This document shows positions 17,872 to 28,931 of a DNA stretch of 64,000 nt, one piece after another (positions within the stretch are counted from its first letter, which is position 1; each line of letters begins with the position of its first letter). A program made the position numbers and the translations under genes. The DNA lies in contig JBCCGN010000006.1 of the NCBI GenBank assembly GCA_039029255.1, positions 28,320-92,319 of the forward strand, read 5' to 3'. The DNA is from Pseudomonadota bacterium (GTDB taxonomy: Bacteria > Pseudomonadota > Alphaproteobacteria > Rhizobiales > Rhizobiaceae). The notes beneath the pieces are model-generated. The model was not told where the DNA came from. It did not search any database and was given only the letters and a program-made list of their open reading frames with translations.

Positions 17872-19099
17872 TAGACAAAATTCCTTTTGATGCATAGCCT
17901 GTCTGTTCAAGACCTGCGCGCCGTTGAAAAGCTTTGATTGCAACTCGGGAACCGCCACCGATTTTTCCATCGATCTCGCCTTCATATAAGCCGAGTTGCC
18001 GCAGATGTGCCTGAAGTTCCTTGCTTTCCAACTCGGTCAGCCGGGTATATCCGCGTGGCCAGTCAACGACAAACGGTCCAAAGCCGCGCAGTTGGTCCGC
18101 AAGATGTCCCACGGCAAGGGCGTACTTGTCGGCATTATTGTAACGTTTCAAGACAAAGAAATTTTTCAACATCAGGAAAGCAGGCCCCTGGGGGCCAGCA
18201 AGCACTTTAAGATTGGCCTTGTCTGAAGGACGCGGAAATGCCCGGCCCTTTACCCGTCTTATTCCGAACCGCTGCCACTGTGCCAGCGTCCGGCTCTTTG
18301 TGCCAACCTTTGCGGGATCGAAACCGGCTGGCGTTACAACTTCATATCCCCATGTTTTGCCGGTACGCCAGCCATTTTCCTTGAGCAGATTGGCGGCAGA
18401 GGCGAGAGCATCGGGTACGGATTCCCAGATGTTGCGACGGCCATCGCCATCAATATCAACAGCCCAGGTCTGGTAACTGGTTGGGATAAACTGGGTGTGC
18501 CCCATTGCACCTGCCCATGAGCCTCGCAAGCCACTCGCTGATACATCTCCATTCTGAACTATTTTCATCGCAGCAATGAGTTGTGTACGTGCGAATTTCC
18601 TGCGTTTCTTGTCACGATAAGCCAAGGTGGCGAGCGAACGGGCGACACTTCGCAAAGCCCGGTCTCGCTTAAGTGCTGCTCCATACGAAGATTCCATCGA
18701 CCAGATTGCCAAAAGGATGTGGCGATCAACGCCAAACCTGGGCTCAATTATATCAAGCCAATTCTTGTATTTGACCTTCATTTCAAGGCCAATTTTGACC
18801 GCGGAATCGGTTACCCGATTGTCCATATAATCCCATATGGTTGACTTGAATTCCGGTTGAAAATTGGCTGCCTTGATTACCGCGGGATCGGGGCTCGTGA
18901 TTCCTGCAAACACTGCATTGTAGGTCTGGCTTGTGATACCCTGCTTTGCTGCAACCGAATAGAAATCGCGTATCCACTTCTTGAATCCCGGATCCGCATT
19001 TGCCGTCGGAATTGAAATCAGGAATGCCAAAAGCAGTGTAAGGGCCGCAATCCAGTTTAGCCCAATGTGTGAAATAACGTTCCGCACCGAAGCCTCCAT
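17855..19099 (-). CDS. lytic murein transglycosylase (MltB-like) with a C-terminal peptidoglycan-binding domain
   Basis: AIWSMESSYG...GAMGHTQFIP motifs and a PG_binding_1-like tail (LQAHLRQLGLYEGEIDGKIG). Confidence 0.9.
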   Translation of the reverse strand: MEASVRNVISHIGLNWIAALTLLLAFLISIPTANADPGFKKWIRDFYSVAAKQGITSQTYNAVFAGITSPDPAVIKAANFQPEFKSTIWDYMDNRVTDSAVKIGLEMKVKYKNWLDIIEPRFGVDRHILLAIWSMESSYGAALKRDRALRSVARSLATLAYRDKKRRKFARTQLIAAMKIVQNGDVSASGLRGSWAGAMGHTQFIPTSYQTWAVDIDGDGRRNIWESVPDALASAANLLKENGWRTGKTWGYEVVTPAGFDPAKVGTKSRTLAQWQRFGIRRVKGRAFPRPSDKANLKVLAGPQGPAFLMLKNFFVLKRYNNADKYALAVGHLADQLRGFGPFVVDWPRGYTRLTELESKELQAHLRQLGLYEGEIDGKIGGGSRVAIKAFQRRAGLEQTGYASKGILSKLRSR

Positions 19100-19217
19100 C
19101 GAATGTCGTTTGGCAAATCATGCCTTGATCTGGATAACGATTTGTTAAGGCTAACGAGAAAATCGGCAGAATTCAGGCGCAATCGATCAATTTTGCTCTA
19201 TTGGGTATTTACGACTG

Positions 19218-20666
19218 TTATCTGGGAAGATTTGTCTCACCCATCAGGTCCAGGTCGATGGCCCGCGCGGCCTGCCGACCTTCCCGGATCGCCCACACAA
19301 CCAGCGATTGACCGCGACGACAATCACCTGCTGCGTAAAGTCCCTCGACAGAGGTGCGATAGTCGGATTCATTTGCGGAAATCGTTACATCTCCCCGTTT
19401 GCTCTCCCGCAATTCGGGATTGAGCTGGCTGATGAATGTATCCGTTATAGGGCTTCCGAAGCCGATTGCAATGAAAGCCAAATCTGCTTTCATGATGAAT
19501 TCTGTACCCTCAATCGGATGGCGTTTTTCATCAACGCGTATGCACTTGACGCCTGTCAGGGTACCGTTTTTGCCAACAAATTCGAGTGTCGCAGCCATGA
19601 ATTCGCGTTTAGCACCTTCAGCCTGGGAAGAGGATGTTCGCATTTTGGTCGCCCAATAGGGCCAGACCATCATCTTGTCTTCGCGTTCAGGAGGCTCCGG
19701 GCGGATATCAAGCTGGGTGACGTTCACTGCGCCCTGTCTGAAAGAAGTGCCTATGCAATCTGACGCTGTATCGCCCCCGCCGACGACGACAATGTTTTTT
19801 CCTGCTGCCCAGATTTCTTCTGACGGCCAGCCTTGGCTGTCAATCTGTTCTCCGCCGACGCGGCGGTTCTGCTGAACAAGAAATGGCATCGCATCGTGCA
19901 CACCGATGAAGTCACGACCCGGGATCCTCGGATCACGAGGTATCTCTGTTCCTGCAGAGATCAGAACCGCATCATGGGACGCCATCATCTCGTTTGCAGA
20001 AATGTCTTCGCCAACATTCTGATTATAATGGAAGGTCACTCCTTCTCCTTCCATCTGTGCCACACGTGCATCGATGTAATGCTTTTCCATTTTGAAGTCC
20101 GGAATGCCATAGCGCAGCAGTCCGCCGGCGCGGCTTTCCCGTTCAAAGACGTGAACTTCATGGCCAACACGTGCCAATTGTTGAGCTGCGGCCATTCCTG
20201 CTGGTCCGGAACCGATTATAGCAATCTTCTTTCCGGTTTTCTGGGTCGCCGGGGCAGGTTTGATCAAACCGAGTGAATAAGCTTTGTCTGCAATAGCCTG
20301 CTCGACGGTCTTGATTGCCACCGGCTCGTCTTCGAGGTTAAGGGTACAGGCTTCCTCACAAGGTGCCGGACAGATGCGCCCGGTAAATTCCGGGAAATTG
20401 TTTGTGGAATGGAGACTACGGACCGCTTCTTCCCAGTCATTATTATAGATCAGGTCATTCCAGTCGGGAATCTGGTTGTGAACCGGACATCCGGTATCGC
20501 CATGGCAGTAGGGGATGCCGCAATCCATGCACCGGGCCGCCTGTTTGGTGACTTCGGTGTCCGACATGGCGATCGTGAATTCGTTGAAATGCCTGACACG
20601 ATCCGATGCCGGGCGATATTTCGGCACCTGCCTGTCGATTTCGAGAAAACCTGTTACCTTACCCAT
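19218..20666 (-). CDS. gltD: glutamate synthase small subunit
   Basis: MGKVTGFLEIDR...CMDCGIPYC...IAIIGSGPAGMAAA. Confidence 0.95.
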   Translation of the reverse strand: MGKVTGFLEIDRQVPKYRPASDRVRHFNEFTIAMSDTEVTKQAARCMDCGIPYCHGDTGCPVHNQIPDWNDLIYNNDWEEAVRSLHSTNNFPEFTGRICPAPCEEACTLNLEDEPVAIKTVEQAIADKAYSLGLIKPAPATQKTGKKIAIIGSGPAGMAAAQQLARVGHEVHVFERESRAGGLLRYGIPDFKMEKHYIDARVAQMEGEGVTFHYNQNVGEDISANEMMASHDAVLISAGTEIPRDPRIPGRDFIGVHDAMPFLVQQNRRVGGEQIDSQGWPSEEIWAAGKNIVVVGGGDTASDCIGTSFRQGAVNVTQLDIRPEPPEREDKMMVWPYWATKMRTSSSQAEGAKREFMAATLEFVGKNGTLTGVKCIRVDEKRHPIEGTEFIMKADLAFIAIGFGSPITDTFISQLNPELRESKRGDVTISANESDYRTSVEGLYAAGDCRRGQSLVVWAIREGRQAARAIDLDLMGETNLPR

Positions 20667-20675
20667 CGCGAAAAC

Positions 20676-21002
20676 CTATCCGAGCACCACTGCTGTTCCG
20701 GAAACGGACACCATCAGCATTGACCCGCTGCTGCCTGTCGAAATGTTCTCGTAGTCAATATCGATACCGATCACCGCGTTTGCTCCGAGATTTTCCGCGT
20801 TCTGCTCCAGTTCCGCAATTGCTGTTTCACGTGCCTGTTTCAGCACTTCCTCATAGGCTCCCGAGCGTCCGCCAACCAGATCGCGAATGCCTGCGAAAAT
20901 ATCCCTAAAAATGTTTGTACCCAGAATAGCTTCTCCGGTTACGATGCCTTTGTACGCGCTTATGTTCCGGCCTTCGACACCGGGTGTTGTGGTAACAATC
21001 AT
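20676..21002 (-). CDS. ybjQ: YbjQ/UPF0145 family protein
   Basis: [51 protein letters not shown]. The ATG lies 4 nt after the gltB stop with a GGAG SD. Confidence 0.85.
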   Translation of the reverse strand: MIVTTTPGVEGRNISAYKGIVTGEAILGTNIFRDIFAGIRDLVGGRSGAYEEVLKQARETAIAELEQNAENLGANAVIGIDIDYENISTGSSGSMLMVSVSGTAVVLG

Positions 21003-21006
21003 GTCT

Positions 21007-24000
21007 TTACTCCGCTGCGATTTTGCCTCTGCGCCGCTCTTCCATCTCACGCAGCGCGCGACTGTATTCGACCGGCATGACTTTTACGAACTGCGACCTG
21101 TAACTGTCCCAATCATCAAGAATTGTCTTGGCCCGCTCCGACCCGGTGTAGTGCATGTGATTTGTGATCAGCTGATAGAGGCGCTCTTCGTCATAACGGG
21201 TCATGTCAGACGTGATGTCGACGCGACCCTTGTGGTCAAGGTCGCCGCCATGGTGATGTAACTTCTCAAGCAGAGCATCTTCCTCCGGAACAGGCTCAAG
21301 TTCAACCATCGCCATGTTACAGCGTTGTTCGAATGTGCCGGAGTGATCCATTACGTAAGCAACACCACCGGACATTCCTGCAGCGAAATTGCGTCCGGTT
21401 CCGCCGAGAACAACTACAACTCCTCCGGTCATGTACTCACATCCGTGATCGCCAACGCCCTCAACCACTGCAATAGCTCCCGAATTGCGCACAGCGAACC
21501 GTTCACCAGCCACACCCCGGAAATAACACTCCCCGGAAATTGCACCATATAGAACGGTGTTTCCCACTATGATCGATTTCTCAGCAGGAAATGTTGCATC
21601 CTCGGACGGACGGATGACGATCCGACCTCCGGACAATCCTTTGCCGACATAGTCATTGCCATCACCCTGCAGGTCAAACGAAATTCCCTTTGCAAGAAAA
21701 GCCCCGAAACTTTGACCGGCAGTGCCTTTCAGCGAAACGGCGATTGTGTCATCGGGCAAACCTTCATGACCATGCAGTTCAGCTAACTTACCGGAGAGCA
21801 TGGCGCCGGCAGAACGGTCGACATTTGAAATCGCAGTTTCGATTTGTACGGCTTGACCGTTTTCGAGAGCCGGCCTGGCCTGCTCAATCAGCTTGCGGTC
21901 AAGAACTTCTGAAATCGGGTGGTTCTGTAATTCTGTCTGATAGATCGCTTCTTTGGACGCTTCAGGCTTATGAAAGATGCGGGAAAAGTCCAGTCCTTTG
22001 CCTTTCCAATGCTCAATCATTTCGGACTTTTCCAGAATATCACTCTCGCCAACCAGATCGTTGAATCTGGTGAAGCCCAGCTCTGCCATGATCTCCCTTA
22101 CTTCTTCGGCTACAAAGAAAAAGTAGTTGATGACATGCTCGGCAGTGCCCCGGAAGCGTTTTCGCAATACCGGATCCTGGGTTGCGATTCCGACCGGACA
22201 TGTATTCAGGTGACACTTTCGCATCATCAGACATCCGGCAGCTATCAGCGGTGCCGTTGAAAATCCGAATTCATCCGCCCCAAGCAAAGCGCCGATGACC
22301 ACATCGCGCCCGGTTTTCAATCCCCCGTCTACCTGCAGCCTGATACGCGACCTCAATTTGTTGAGAACAAGCGTTTGTTGGGTTTCGGCAAGGCCAAGTT
22401 CCCACGGGCTGCCAGCATGCTTTAGTGAAGTGAGGGGAGATGCTCCCGTACCTCCGTCATATCCGGAAACCGTAATGTGATCTGCCCTTGCCTTCGCGAC
22501 CCCGGCAGCAACCGTGCCAACTCCGACTTCTGCTACAAGCTTGACCGAAATGTCTGCTTTCTCGTTGACATTTTTCAGATCGTAAATCAGCTGCGCGAGA
22601 TCCTCAATTGAGTAAATATCGTGGTGTGGCGGTGGTGAAATCAGGCCCACACCCGGTGTTGAATGCCGCGTTTTGGCGATCACAGCGTCGACTTTGTGTC
22701 CGGGTAGCTGGCCGCCTTCCCCCGGCTTGGCTCCCTGCGCCACCTTGATCTGTATCATGTCGGAATTCACCAGATACTCGGTGGTTACTCCAAATCGGCC
22801 AGAGGCTACTTGTTTAATTGCGGAGCGTTCGGGGTTGGGTGATCCGTCCGGCAACTTGTAGAAGCGATCGGGTTCTTCGCCGCCTTCACCGGTATTGGAC
22901 TTCCCGCCGATCCGGTTCATAGCCACGGCAAGTGTGGAGTGAGCCTCCCTCGATATCGATCCAAACGACATTGCGCCGGTTGAGAAACGTTTTACGATTT
23001 CAGAAGCAGGTTCGACTTCTGTGATGTCGACCGGCTTGCGACCAAGTTCTTCCGCATTCTTGATCTTGAAGAGGCCGCGTATGGTTGCAAATTTTTCGGA
23101 AGCACTGTTTGCATCTTCCGCGAACGATGCATAATCCTCCGGGGATTCTCCTCTTACAGCGTGTTGAAGCTTGGCAATGTTGTCCGGGGTCCATGCATGA
23201 GATTCGCCGCGCATCCGATAGGCGTATTCGCCACCGACATCGAGCGCATTTGATAGAATCAGATCGCCACTGAATGCCTTCTTGTGGCGCTGCATCGTCT
23301 CAGCAGAAATTTCATCGAGACCCACGCCTTCCACCATACTCGCGGTGCCGAAGAAAAACTCATCTACAAGTTCCGTGGAGAGCCCAACGGCATCAAATAT
23401 CTGGGCACCACAATAGGATTGATAGGTTGAGATCCCCATTTTGGACATGACCTTCAATATGCCCTTGTTCACCGCCTTGATGTAACGCTCAACAATCTCA
23501 GTTGTGTCCACTTCGTCTGGAAACTCACCCTTGGCGTGCATATCGGCAAGGGTCTCGAAAGCCAGGTACGGATTTATGGCCTCTGCTCCATATCCGGCAA
23601 GCACGCAGAAATGATGAACTTCCCTGGGTTCACCGCTTTCCAGAACAAGGCCTACCGAAGTTCGCAATCCTTTCCGGATCAGGTGACGATGTACAGCAGC
23701 TGTAGCAAGCAAGGCAGGGATTGCCACACGTTGGGCACCTATCTGGCGATCAGAGAGAACAATGATGTTGTAGCCATTGTTTACGGAGCTCTCAGCCCGT
23801 TCGCACAGTGAATCCAGCGCCGCACCCATAGCCTCGGAACCGCGCTCGACATTGTATGTGATGTCGAGAGTCTGAGTATTGAATTGATTGTCACCTATGT
23901 CACCAATTTCACGAACCTTTTCGAGGTCGTTATTTGTCAATATAGGTTGACGGACTTCGAGCCTCTTTTGTTCCGAGAGCCCTTCCAGATCAAAAAGGTT

Positions 24001-25710
24001 GGGTCTGGGACCGATCAGGGAAACAAGGCTCATTACAGATTCTTCACGTATCGGATCAATCGGCGGATTGGTCACCTGGGCAAAGAGCTGCTTGAAGTAC
24101 GTATAAAGAAGCTTGGGTTTGCTGGAGAGCGCCGAAATAGGGGTGTCTGTTCCCATGGAGCCGACAGCCTCTTGTCCAGTTGTCGCCATCGGCGCCATCA
24201 ACAATTTCAGGTCTTCCTGCGTATAGCCAAATGCCTGCTGGCGATCGAGCAGGGTTGCCCTGCTTTGCGGGCTGTGCCGGGTGGGAATCGGCATTTCTTC
24301 CAACACGATTTGTGATCGATCCAGCCACTTCTGATAAGGATTTTGCGAAGCACGTTCATGCTTGATTTCCTCATCGGAAATGATTTCGCCTTTCTCCAAA
24401 TCTATCAGCAGCATTTTGCCCGGCTGCAACCGCCACTTTTCAACAATATCCTTCTCCGCAACAGGCAGGACACCGGATTCTGAAGACATGATAATGCGGT
24501 CATCTTTTGTGATGATATAGCGGGCAGGGCGCAAACCATTGCGATCAAGCGTCGCGCCGATCTGCCTTCCGTCAGTAAAGGCCACTGCTGCTGGCCCGTC
24601 CCATGGTTCCATGAGCGCAGCGTGGTACTCATAAAATGCGCGACGTTCCGCATTCATCAACGGGTTGCCTGCCCAGGCTTCAGGAATGAGCATCATTACC
24701 GCGTGTGCGAGGGAATAACCTCCCATTGTCAGAAATTCGAGCGCATTGTCAAAGCACGCAGTATCCGATTGGCCTTCGTATGAAATTGGCCAAAGCTTTG
24801 ATATGTTGTCACCGAAAAGCGGTGATGATACCGATGCTTGCCTCGCTGCCATCCAATTAACGTTGCCGCGCAATGTGTTGATTTCACCGTTATGGGCGAC
24901 CATCCGGTAAGGATGCGAAAGTTTCCAGGAGGGAAAGGTGTTGGTTGAAAACCGCTGATGAACCAGTGCCAGGGCTGATTTGAAGTCAGGATTACTCAGG
25001 TCCTTATAGTAAGGGCCCAGCTGATCAGCCAGAAACATGCCCTTGTAAACAATAGTGCGGGAAGAAAAAGAAACGATATAATATCCGTTGTCCCGTCCTT
25101 CGGTATGTTTGAAGATCATGTTTGATATGACTTTGCGGGCTGTGTACAGCTGCCGCTCGAACGCATCTTCATCCGGTGTGTTTTCCGGGCGTTCCACAAA
25201 ATACTGACGGTGGACAGGTTCAGTGGAAGCAATGTCTGGATCTCTGGAAAGCATTGAGTTGTCAACTTCCAGTGTACGTTGACCAATCAGTTTCAGGCCC
25301 TCTTGTTCCAACCCCCTGAAAAACATTCGTTCAATTTCGCGGACCAACTCTTCGTTTTGAGGAAGAAAAACCTGCGCGACGGCATAGTGACCCCTGTCGG
25401 GTATCCGAAAACCTTCAGTGGAACATGCCGAGACCAGAAAATCGTGAGGTATCTGGACCAGCATGCCTGCGCCATCACCCATCAAAGGATCAGCACCTAC
25501 GGCGCCCCTGTGTTCCAGATTCTGGAGAACTTGCAAACCGTCCTGTACAATTGAATGGGAAGGTACACCTTTGAGGTTTGCCACAAATCCCACACCACAA
25601 GCATCTTTCTCGTTACGCGGATCATACAATCCCTGTTTGACCGGTCGCGAGAACACAGGGGAACCAGCTATTGAATCAGCAGTACTGTACTTCAATTCCG
25701 GTTTCGCCAT
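21007..25710 (-). CDS. gltB: glutamate synthase large subunit
   Basis: About 1567 aa covering the amidotransferase CGVGF N-terminus, FMN domain and GXGXG domain. ATG 25710 has a GGAG SD. Confidence 0.97.
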   Translation of the reverse strand: MAKPELKYSTADSIAGSPVFSRPVKQGLYDPRNEKDACGVGFVANLKGVPSHSIVQDGLQVLQNLEHRGAVGADPLMGDGAGMLVQIPHDFLVSACSTEGFRIPDRGHYAVAQVFLPQNEELVREIERMFFRGLEQEGLKLIGQRTLEVDNSMLSRDPDIASTEPVHRQYFVERPENTPDEDAFERQLYTARKVISNMIFKHTEGRDNGYYIVSFSSRTIVYKGMFLADQLGPYYKDLSNPDFKSALALVHQRFSTNTFPSWKLSHPYRMVAHNGEINTLRGNVNWMAARQASVSSPLFGDNISKLWPISYEGQSDTACFDNALEFLTMGGYSLAHAVMMLIPEAWAGNPLMNAERRAFYEYHAALMEPWDGPAAVAFTDGRQIGATLDRNGLRPARYIITKDDRIIMSSESGVLPVAEKDIVEKWRLQPGKMLLIDLEKGEIISDEEIKHERASQNPYQKWLDRSQIVLEEMPIPTRHSPQSRATLLDRQQAFGYTQEDLKLLMAPMATTGQEAVGSMGTDTPISALSSKPKLLYTYFKQLFAQVTNPPIDPIREESVMSLVSLIGPRPNLFDLEGLSEQKRLEVRQPILTNNDLEKVREIGDIGDNQFNTQTLDITYNVERGSEAMGAALDSLCERAESSVNNGYNIIVLSDRQIGAQRVAIPALLATAAVHRHLIRKGLRTSVGLVLESGEPREVHHFCVLAGYGAEAINPYLAFETLADMHAKGEFPDEVDTTEIVERYIKAVNKGILKVMSKMGISTYQSYCGAQIFDAVGLSTELVDEFFFGTASMVEGVGLDEISAETMQRHKKAFSGDLILSNALDVGGEYAYRMRGESHAWTPDNIAKLQHAVRGESPEDYASFAEDANSASEKFATIRGLFKIKNAEELGRKPVDITEVEPASEIVKRFSTGAMSFGSISREAHSTLAVAMNRIGGKSNTGEGGEEPDRFYKLPDGSPNPERSAIKQVASGRFGVTTEYLVNSDMIQIKVAQGAKPGEGGQLPGHKVDAVIAKTRHSTPGVGLISPPPHHDIYSIEDLAQLIYDLKNVNEKADISVKLVAEVGVGTVAAGVAKARADHITVSGYDGGTGASPLTSLKHAGSPWELGLAETQQTLVLNKLRSRIRLQVDGGLKTGRDVVIGALLGADEFGFSTAPLIAAGCLMMRKCHLNTCPVGIATQDPVLRKRFRGTAEHVINYFFFVAEEVREIMAELGFTRFNDLVGESDILEKSEMIEHWKGKGLDFSRIFHKPEASKEAIYQTELQNHPISEVLDRKLIEQARPALENGQAVQIETAISNVDRSAGAMLSGKLAELHGHEGLPDDTIAVSLKGTAGQSFGAFLAKGISFDLQGDGNDYVGKGLSGGRIVIRPSEDATFPAEKSIIVGNTVLYGAISGECYFRGVAGERFAVRNSGAIAVVEGVGDHGCEYMTGGVVVVLGGTGRNFAAGMSGGVAYVMDHSGTFEQRCNMAMVELEPVPEEDALLEKLHHHGGDLDHKGRVDITSDMTRYDEERLYQLITNHMHYTGSERAKTILDDWDSYRSQFVKVMPVEYSRALREMEERRRGKIAAE

Positions 25711-26151
25711 CTTTAACTCCAACTGCAAGCCATCCCGCAGAGCCTCTACTCAAGGACATTGTTTTTAGTTCTGTGTGGATTTGTGAAAGTTTTAGCGTCT
25801 GCCAAATTGCTTTCAAGGAAATCCGAGCCACTGCGTCCATACGCCCAAGCCGAGTTTCAAATCCAAAAAAAGGACAGCAATGCTTACCTTTATGAAGATA
25901 TGAATGCCAAATGCAGATCAAGTTTGCAAGAAAAAACAATTTTGAGTAGATGTTTTGCTTGCGCGGTTTGACTCATTTCTATTAACCTTACGCTGGGGAA
26001 GCCGAGCGAGGCGCAGATTTTCCTCCCTGCATCCATAGATTCGGTTCGGGGACCAGTCTGGTGGGCCATTCAGTTAAAGACACCTTTCATCGCCCCTGAA
26101 AGAGTCAGTTGATTGAATGTAAATTCACTGATGTGATTGGCATCCGGAAGG

Positions 26152-26188
26152 GCCCGGTTCCATGAAAATGGAACCGGGCTTTTGTTTG
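26152..26188 (+). terminator. strong rho-independent terminator with no upstream CDS
   Basis: 12-bp perfect stem GCCCGGTTCCAT-GAAA-ATGGAACCGGGC followed by TTTTGTTTG. Confidence 0.75.
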
Positions 26189-26261
26189 CTCTGGTGTTTT
26201 GACCAGTCTGCGCTAGGTTAGGCACGAGAATCCGGGTTAATGAAAACAGGCTTATATTTTC

Positions 26262-27314
26262 ATGCTTTTTGGCAGCGACAACTGGGCGGGAGCAGCGCCA
26301 AGAATTTCTGAGTCTCTTGGACGGCATTCTGTTGGTTATGCACCTGCTTATGGTGACAGCGATCTGGATAAATCCGTTGAAGCCACCTTCAATGAAGTGT
26401 TTGAAACCGACTGCCGTGTATTTTTTGTGGGAACCGGAACCGCAGCAAATTCAATGGCATTCGCATTGGTGATGAAGCCGGGCGGAGTGGCCTTCTGCCA
26501 CAGGGAGGCACACCTGGCAGCGAACGAGGGCGGGGCGCCGGAGTTCATGACAGGCGGGGGCCGATTGTGTGCCGTTGACGGACCGCTGGGGAAGATTTCG
26601 CCAGAATCGCTCTTGCGGGTTAGCGAACCCTATTCGAGCAGTTTCAATCACCTTGGTCAGGGGACAATGGTTTCAATCACACAAAGCACCGAAGCCGGCA
26701 CGTGTTACAGCTTGTCTGAGATTGAAGCAGTCTCGGAGACTGCCAGCAAGAACGGGCTGGTGCTTCACATGGATGGAGCCCGTTTTGCAAATGCACTCGT
26801 GGATCTGGATTGCTCTCCATCAGAGATGACCTGGAAACGGGGCGTCGACATGGTTTCATTTGGCGGAACGAAAAACGGTTGCTGGTGCGCTGAAGCTCTC
26901 GTTGTGTTCAATCCGGAGATTGCAGCGAGCTCGGAATTTGTCCGCAAACAGATGGGGCATCTGTTTTCGAAGACCCGGTTCATGACTGCGCAGTTTCAGG
27001 CCTACTTTGAAGACGGGCTATGGCTTGATCTTGCCCGGCATTCAAATTCGATAGGAAATGAGCTGGTGGAGATGATCCAGAATAGCAATCGGGTTCGGCT
27101 TGCGTGGCCCAGTTCCACAAATCAGGTGTTCTTTGTTGCCAAACGTGAAGATGCTTCGAAGTGGCTTGATGCCGGTGCACGGTTTCATCTATTCCCTACA
27201 CCTGAATTTTTGGAAGGCGAGATTAGTGGGGATGAACAATTGTACCGGTTGGTTGCAAGTTTCATCTCAACTTCAGATGATGTGAAAGCACTTTCATCCG
27301 TCATCAACCAATAA
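26262..27314 (+). CDS. ltaE: low-specificity L-threonine aldolase
   Basis: MLFGSDNWAGAAP...FVGTGTAANS...SFGGTKNG. Confidence 0.85.
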   Translation: MLFGSDNWAGAAPRISESLGRHSVGYAPAYGDSDLDKSVEATFNEVFETDCRVFFVGTGTAANSMAFALVMKPGGVAFCHREAHLAANEGGAPEFMTGGGRLCAVDGPLGKISPESLLRVSEPYSSSFNHLGQGTMVSITQSTEAGTCYSLSEIEAVSETASKNGLVLHMDGARFANALVDLDCSPSEMTWKRGVDMVSFGGTKNGCWCAEALVVFNPEIAASSEFVRKQMGHLFSKTRFMTAQFQAYFEDGLWLDLARHSNSIGNELVEMIQNSNRVRLAWPSSTNQVFFVAKREDASKWLDAGARFHLFPTPEFLEGEISGDEQLYRLVASFISTSDDVKALSSVINQ

Positions 27315-27372
27315 ACTCAATCCGGGAACACCTTTCGAGGCGCTCCCGGGAATATTTCAGATGTAAAGAGAT

Positions 27373-27816
27373 TTAGGCTTCAATCTGTTTTACGTCTTTG
27401 GTGATTGCGATCTTGCGAGGCTTCATTGCTTCCGGGATTTCCCGTTTGAGGTCAATGTGCAACAAACCGTTTTCAAGAGCGGCACCTGCAACCTCAACAT
27501 AATCTGCAAGCTGGAACCGGCGTTCAAAGGAACGGGCGGCGATGCCGCGGAAAAGAACTTCATTTTTCTTTTCGTCTTCTTCGGCTTTTGCGGCGGTCAC
27601 GGTAAGCGCATTCTGTTTGGCTTCAATTGCGATCTCGTCTTCGGAAAACCCTGCGACTGCCATTGTGATGCGATAGGCATCTTCGCCGGTGCGTTCAATG
27701 TTGTAGGGAGGATATGACTGGCTGTTGTCCCCCTGCGCCATGTTGTCAAGCAGAGAGAAGAGGCGGTCAAAACCAACAGTTGAACGGTAAAGTGGTGAAT
27801 AATCGATTGCACGCAT
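27373..27816 (-). CDS. ibpA: Hsp20/alpha-crystallin small heat-shock protein
   Basis: PPYNIERTGEDAYRITMAVAGF...alpha-crystallin domain. ATG 27816 has an AAGGAGGA SD. Confidence 0.92.
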   Translation of the reverse strand: MRAIDYSPLYRSTVGFDRLFSLLDNMAQGDNSQSYPPYNIERTGEDAYRITMAVAGFSEDEIAIEAKQNALTVTAAKAEEDEKKNEVLFRGIAARSFERRFQLADYVEVAGAALENGLLHIDLKREIPEAMKPRKIAITKDVKQIEA

Positions 27817-27913
27817 GATATGTCCTCCTTTAAAGCGACTTTTGCGTTTCAATTTCAGTGCAACTCCCTTTTCGGGCAGTGCAATTTTTGGAACCCGTCT
27901 GGCGTCCCGATCA

Positions 27914-27944
27914 TAATTTGGGTATTGGAAGTGGAACTTTCAAG
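27914..27944 (-). promoter_or_regulatory. RpoH (sigma-32)-type heat-shock promoter
   Basis: The minus strand reads CTTGAAA-n15-CCCAAATTA, about 100 nt upstream of the hsp20 ATG. Confidence 0.55.
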
Positions 27945-27996
27945 ATTTCGGGAAATCATACCCTCAGTGCTGCTAAAGAATCCTCCTTACCGCCCG

Positions 27997-28920
27997 ATGC
28001 CGGGTGAACCTGTCTCCGGTCTGATTGAAACGGGAAAAGGGGTCATGGTGCGGTACGCACTTTGGCGTCTTTCCGCGTCCAGCCGTAAGGGAACGGTCAT
28101 CGTTCTCCAGGGGCGCAGCGAGTATATTGAAAAACAGTATGAGTTGATTTCCGATTTGCTTGACAACGGGCACGACGTCTTGAGTTTCGACTGGCGCGGG
28201 CAGGGTGGCTCAAGTCGTTTACTTGAAAACAAAAAAGCCGGATATGTTGATGATTTCGACGAATATGTAGAAGATTTAACTGAAATTCTGCAGCAAATAG
28301 CGCTGCCGGATTGTAAGGGGCCTTTTTATATTCTCGGCCATTCCACCGGGTCATTGGTGGCACTTCTCGCTGCTCCCCAAATTGCGAACCAGATTACAAG
28401 AATGGTGCTGTGTTCTCCCTTTTTGGGGATCGGCCGTCAACCAATTTCGCCATACGCCGTGAAGTTGCTCGCCGGTGCTCTAGCGGCATTCGGTCTTGGT
28501 GAAGTATATTTGACCGGTAGGACAACCGAGGCTCCGACCTGGAATGAAGCCACTAACATTCATACCTCAAGTGAAGAACATTATAAGCAAAACCGGAAAT
28601 TTTCCTCGGAGTTTCCCGATTTGTGTATTGGTGGCGCCACTGCATCCTGGGTGTTTGCTGCCTGCAAGGCATTCGAAAGGATCAAGGATCCGGACTTCTG
28701 TGCACAGATTACAACTCCGCTTCTGATAATCAATGCGGGAAGCGATGTGGTCGTCAACAATCGGGAATCCGAGTTGTTGGTGAGAAAACTTCGGTCCGGT
28801 TCCTTTCTTACAATCGAGGGGGCAAGACACGAAATCTGGCAGGAAAAGGCCTATTTGCGCGAACAATTCATGGCTGCGTTTAAGGCTTTTGTGCCGGGTA
28901 GTGACCACGGCAAGCCCTGA
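27997..28920 (+). CDS. alpha/beta hydrolase, lysophospholipase-like
   Basis: VLQGRSEYIEK...GHSTGS nucleophile elbow. The track start at 27820 would run through the hsp20 start and promoter, so ATG 27997 is preferred. Confidence 0.75.
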   Translation: MPGEPVSGLIETGKGVMVRYALWRLSASSRKGTVIVLQGRSEYIEKQYELISDLLDNGHDVLSFDWRGQGGSSRLLENKKAGYVDDFDEYVEDLTEILQQIALPDCKGPFYILGHSTGSLVALLAAPQIANQITRMVLCSPFLGIGRQPISPYAVKLLAGALAAFGLGEVYLTGRTTEAPTWNEATNIHTSSEEHYKQNRKFSSEFPDLCIGGATASWVFAACKAFERIKDPDFCAQITTPLLIINAGSDVVVNNRESELLVRKLRSGSFLTIEGARHEIWQEKAYLREQFMAAFKAFVPGSDHGKP

Positions 28921-28931
28921 TATAGCCGTAT

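Noticed and set aside
25960-26150. Tested the gltB/ltaE intergenic element against known RNAs from memory. These were SRP RNA, tmRNA, 6S RNA and the glycine, glutamine, SAM-II, guanidine and fluoride riboswitches.
   Set aside because: None of the diagnostic conserved strings is present. Examples are GUCCGGAAGGAAGCAGC for SRP and ACCGAAGGGGCAA for the glycine riboswitch. The element is therefore kept only as an unassigned candidate.
27318-27350. Possible bidirectional terminator between ltaE and hsp20 (CCGGGAACACC...GGCGCTCCCGG).
   Set aside because: The stem has two mismatches and there is no clear U-tract on either strand. This is too weak to call.
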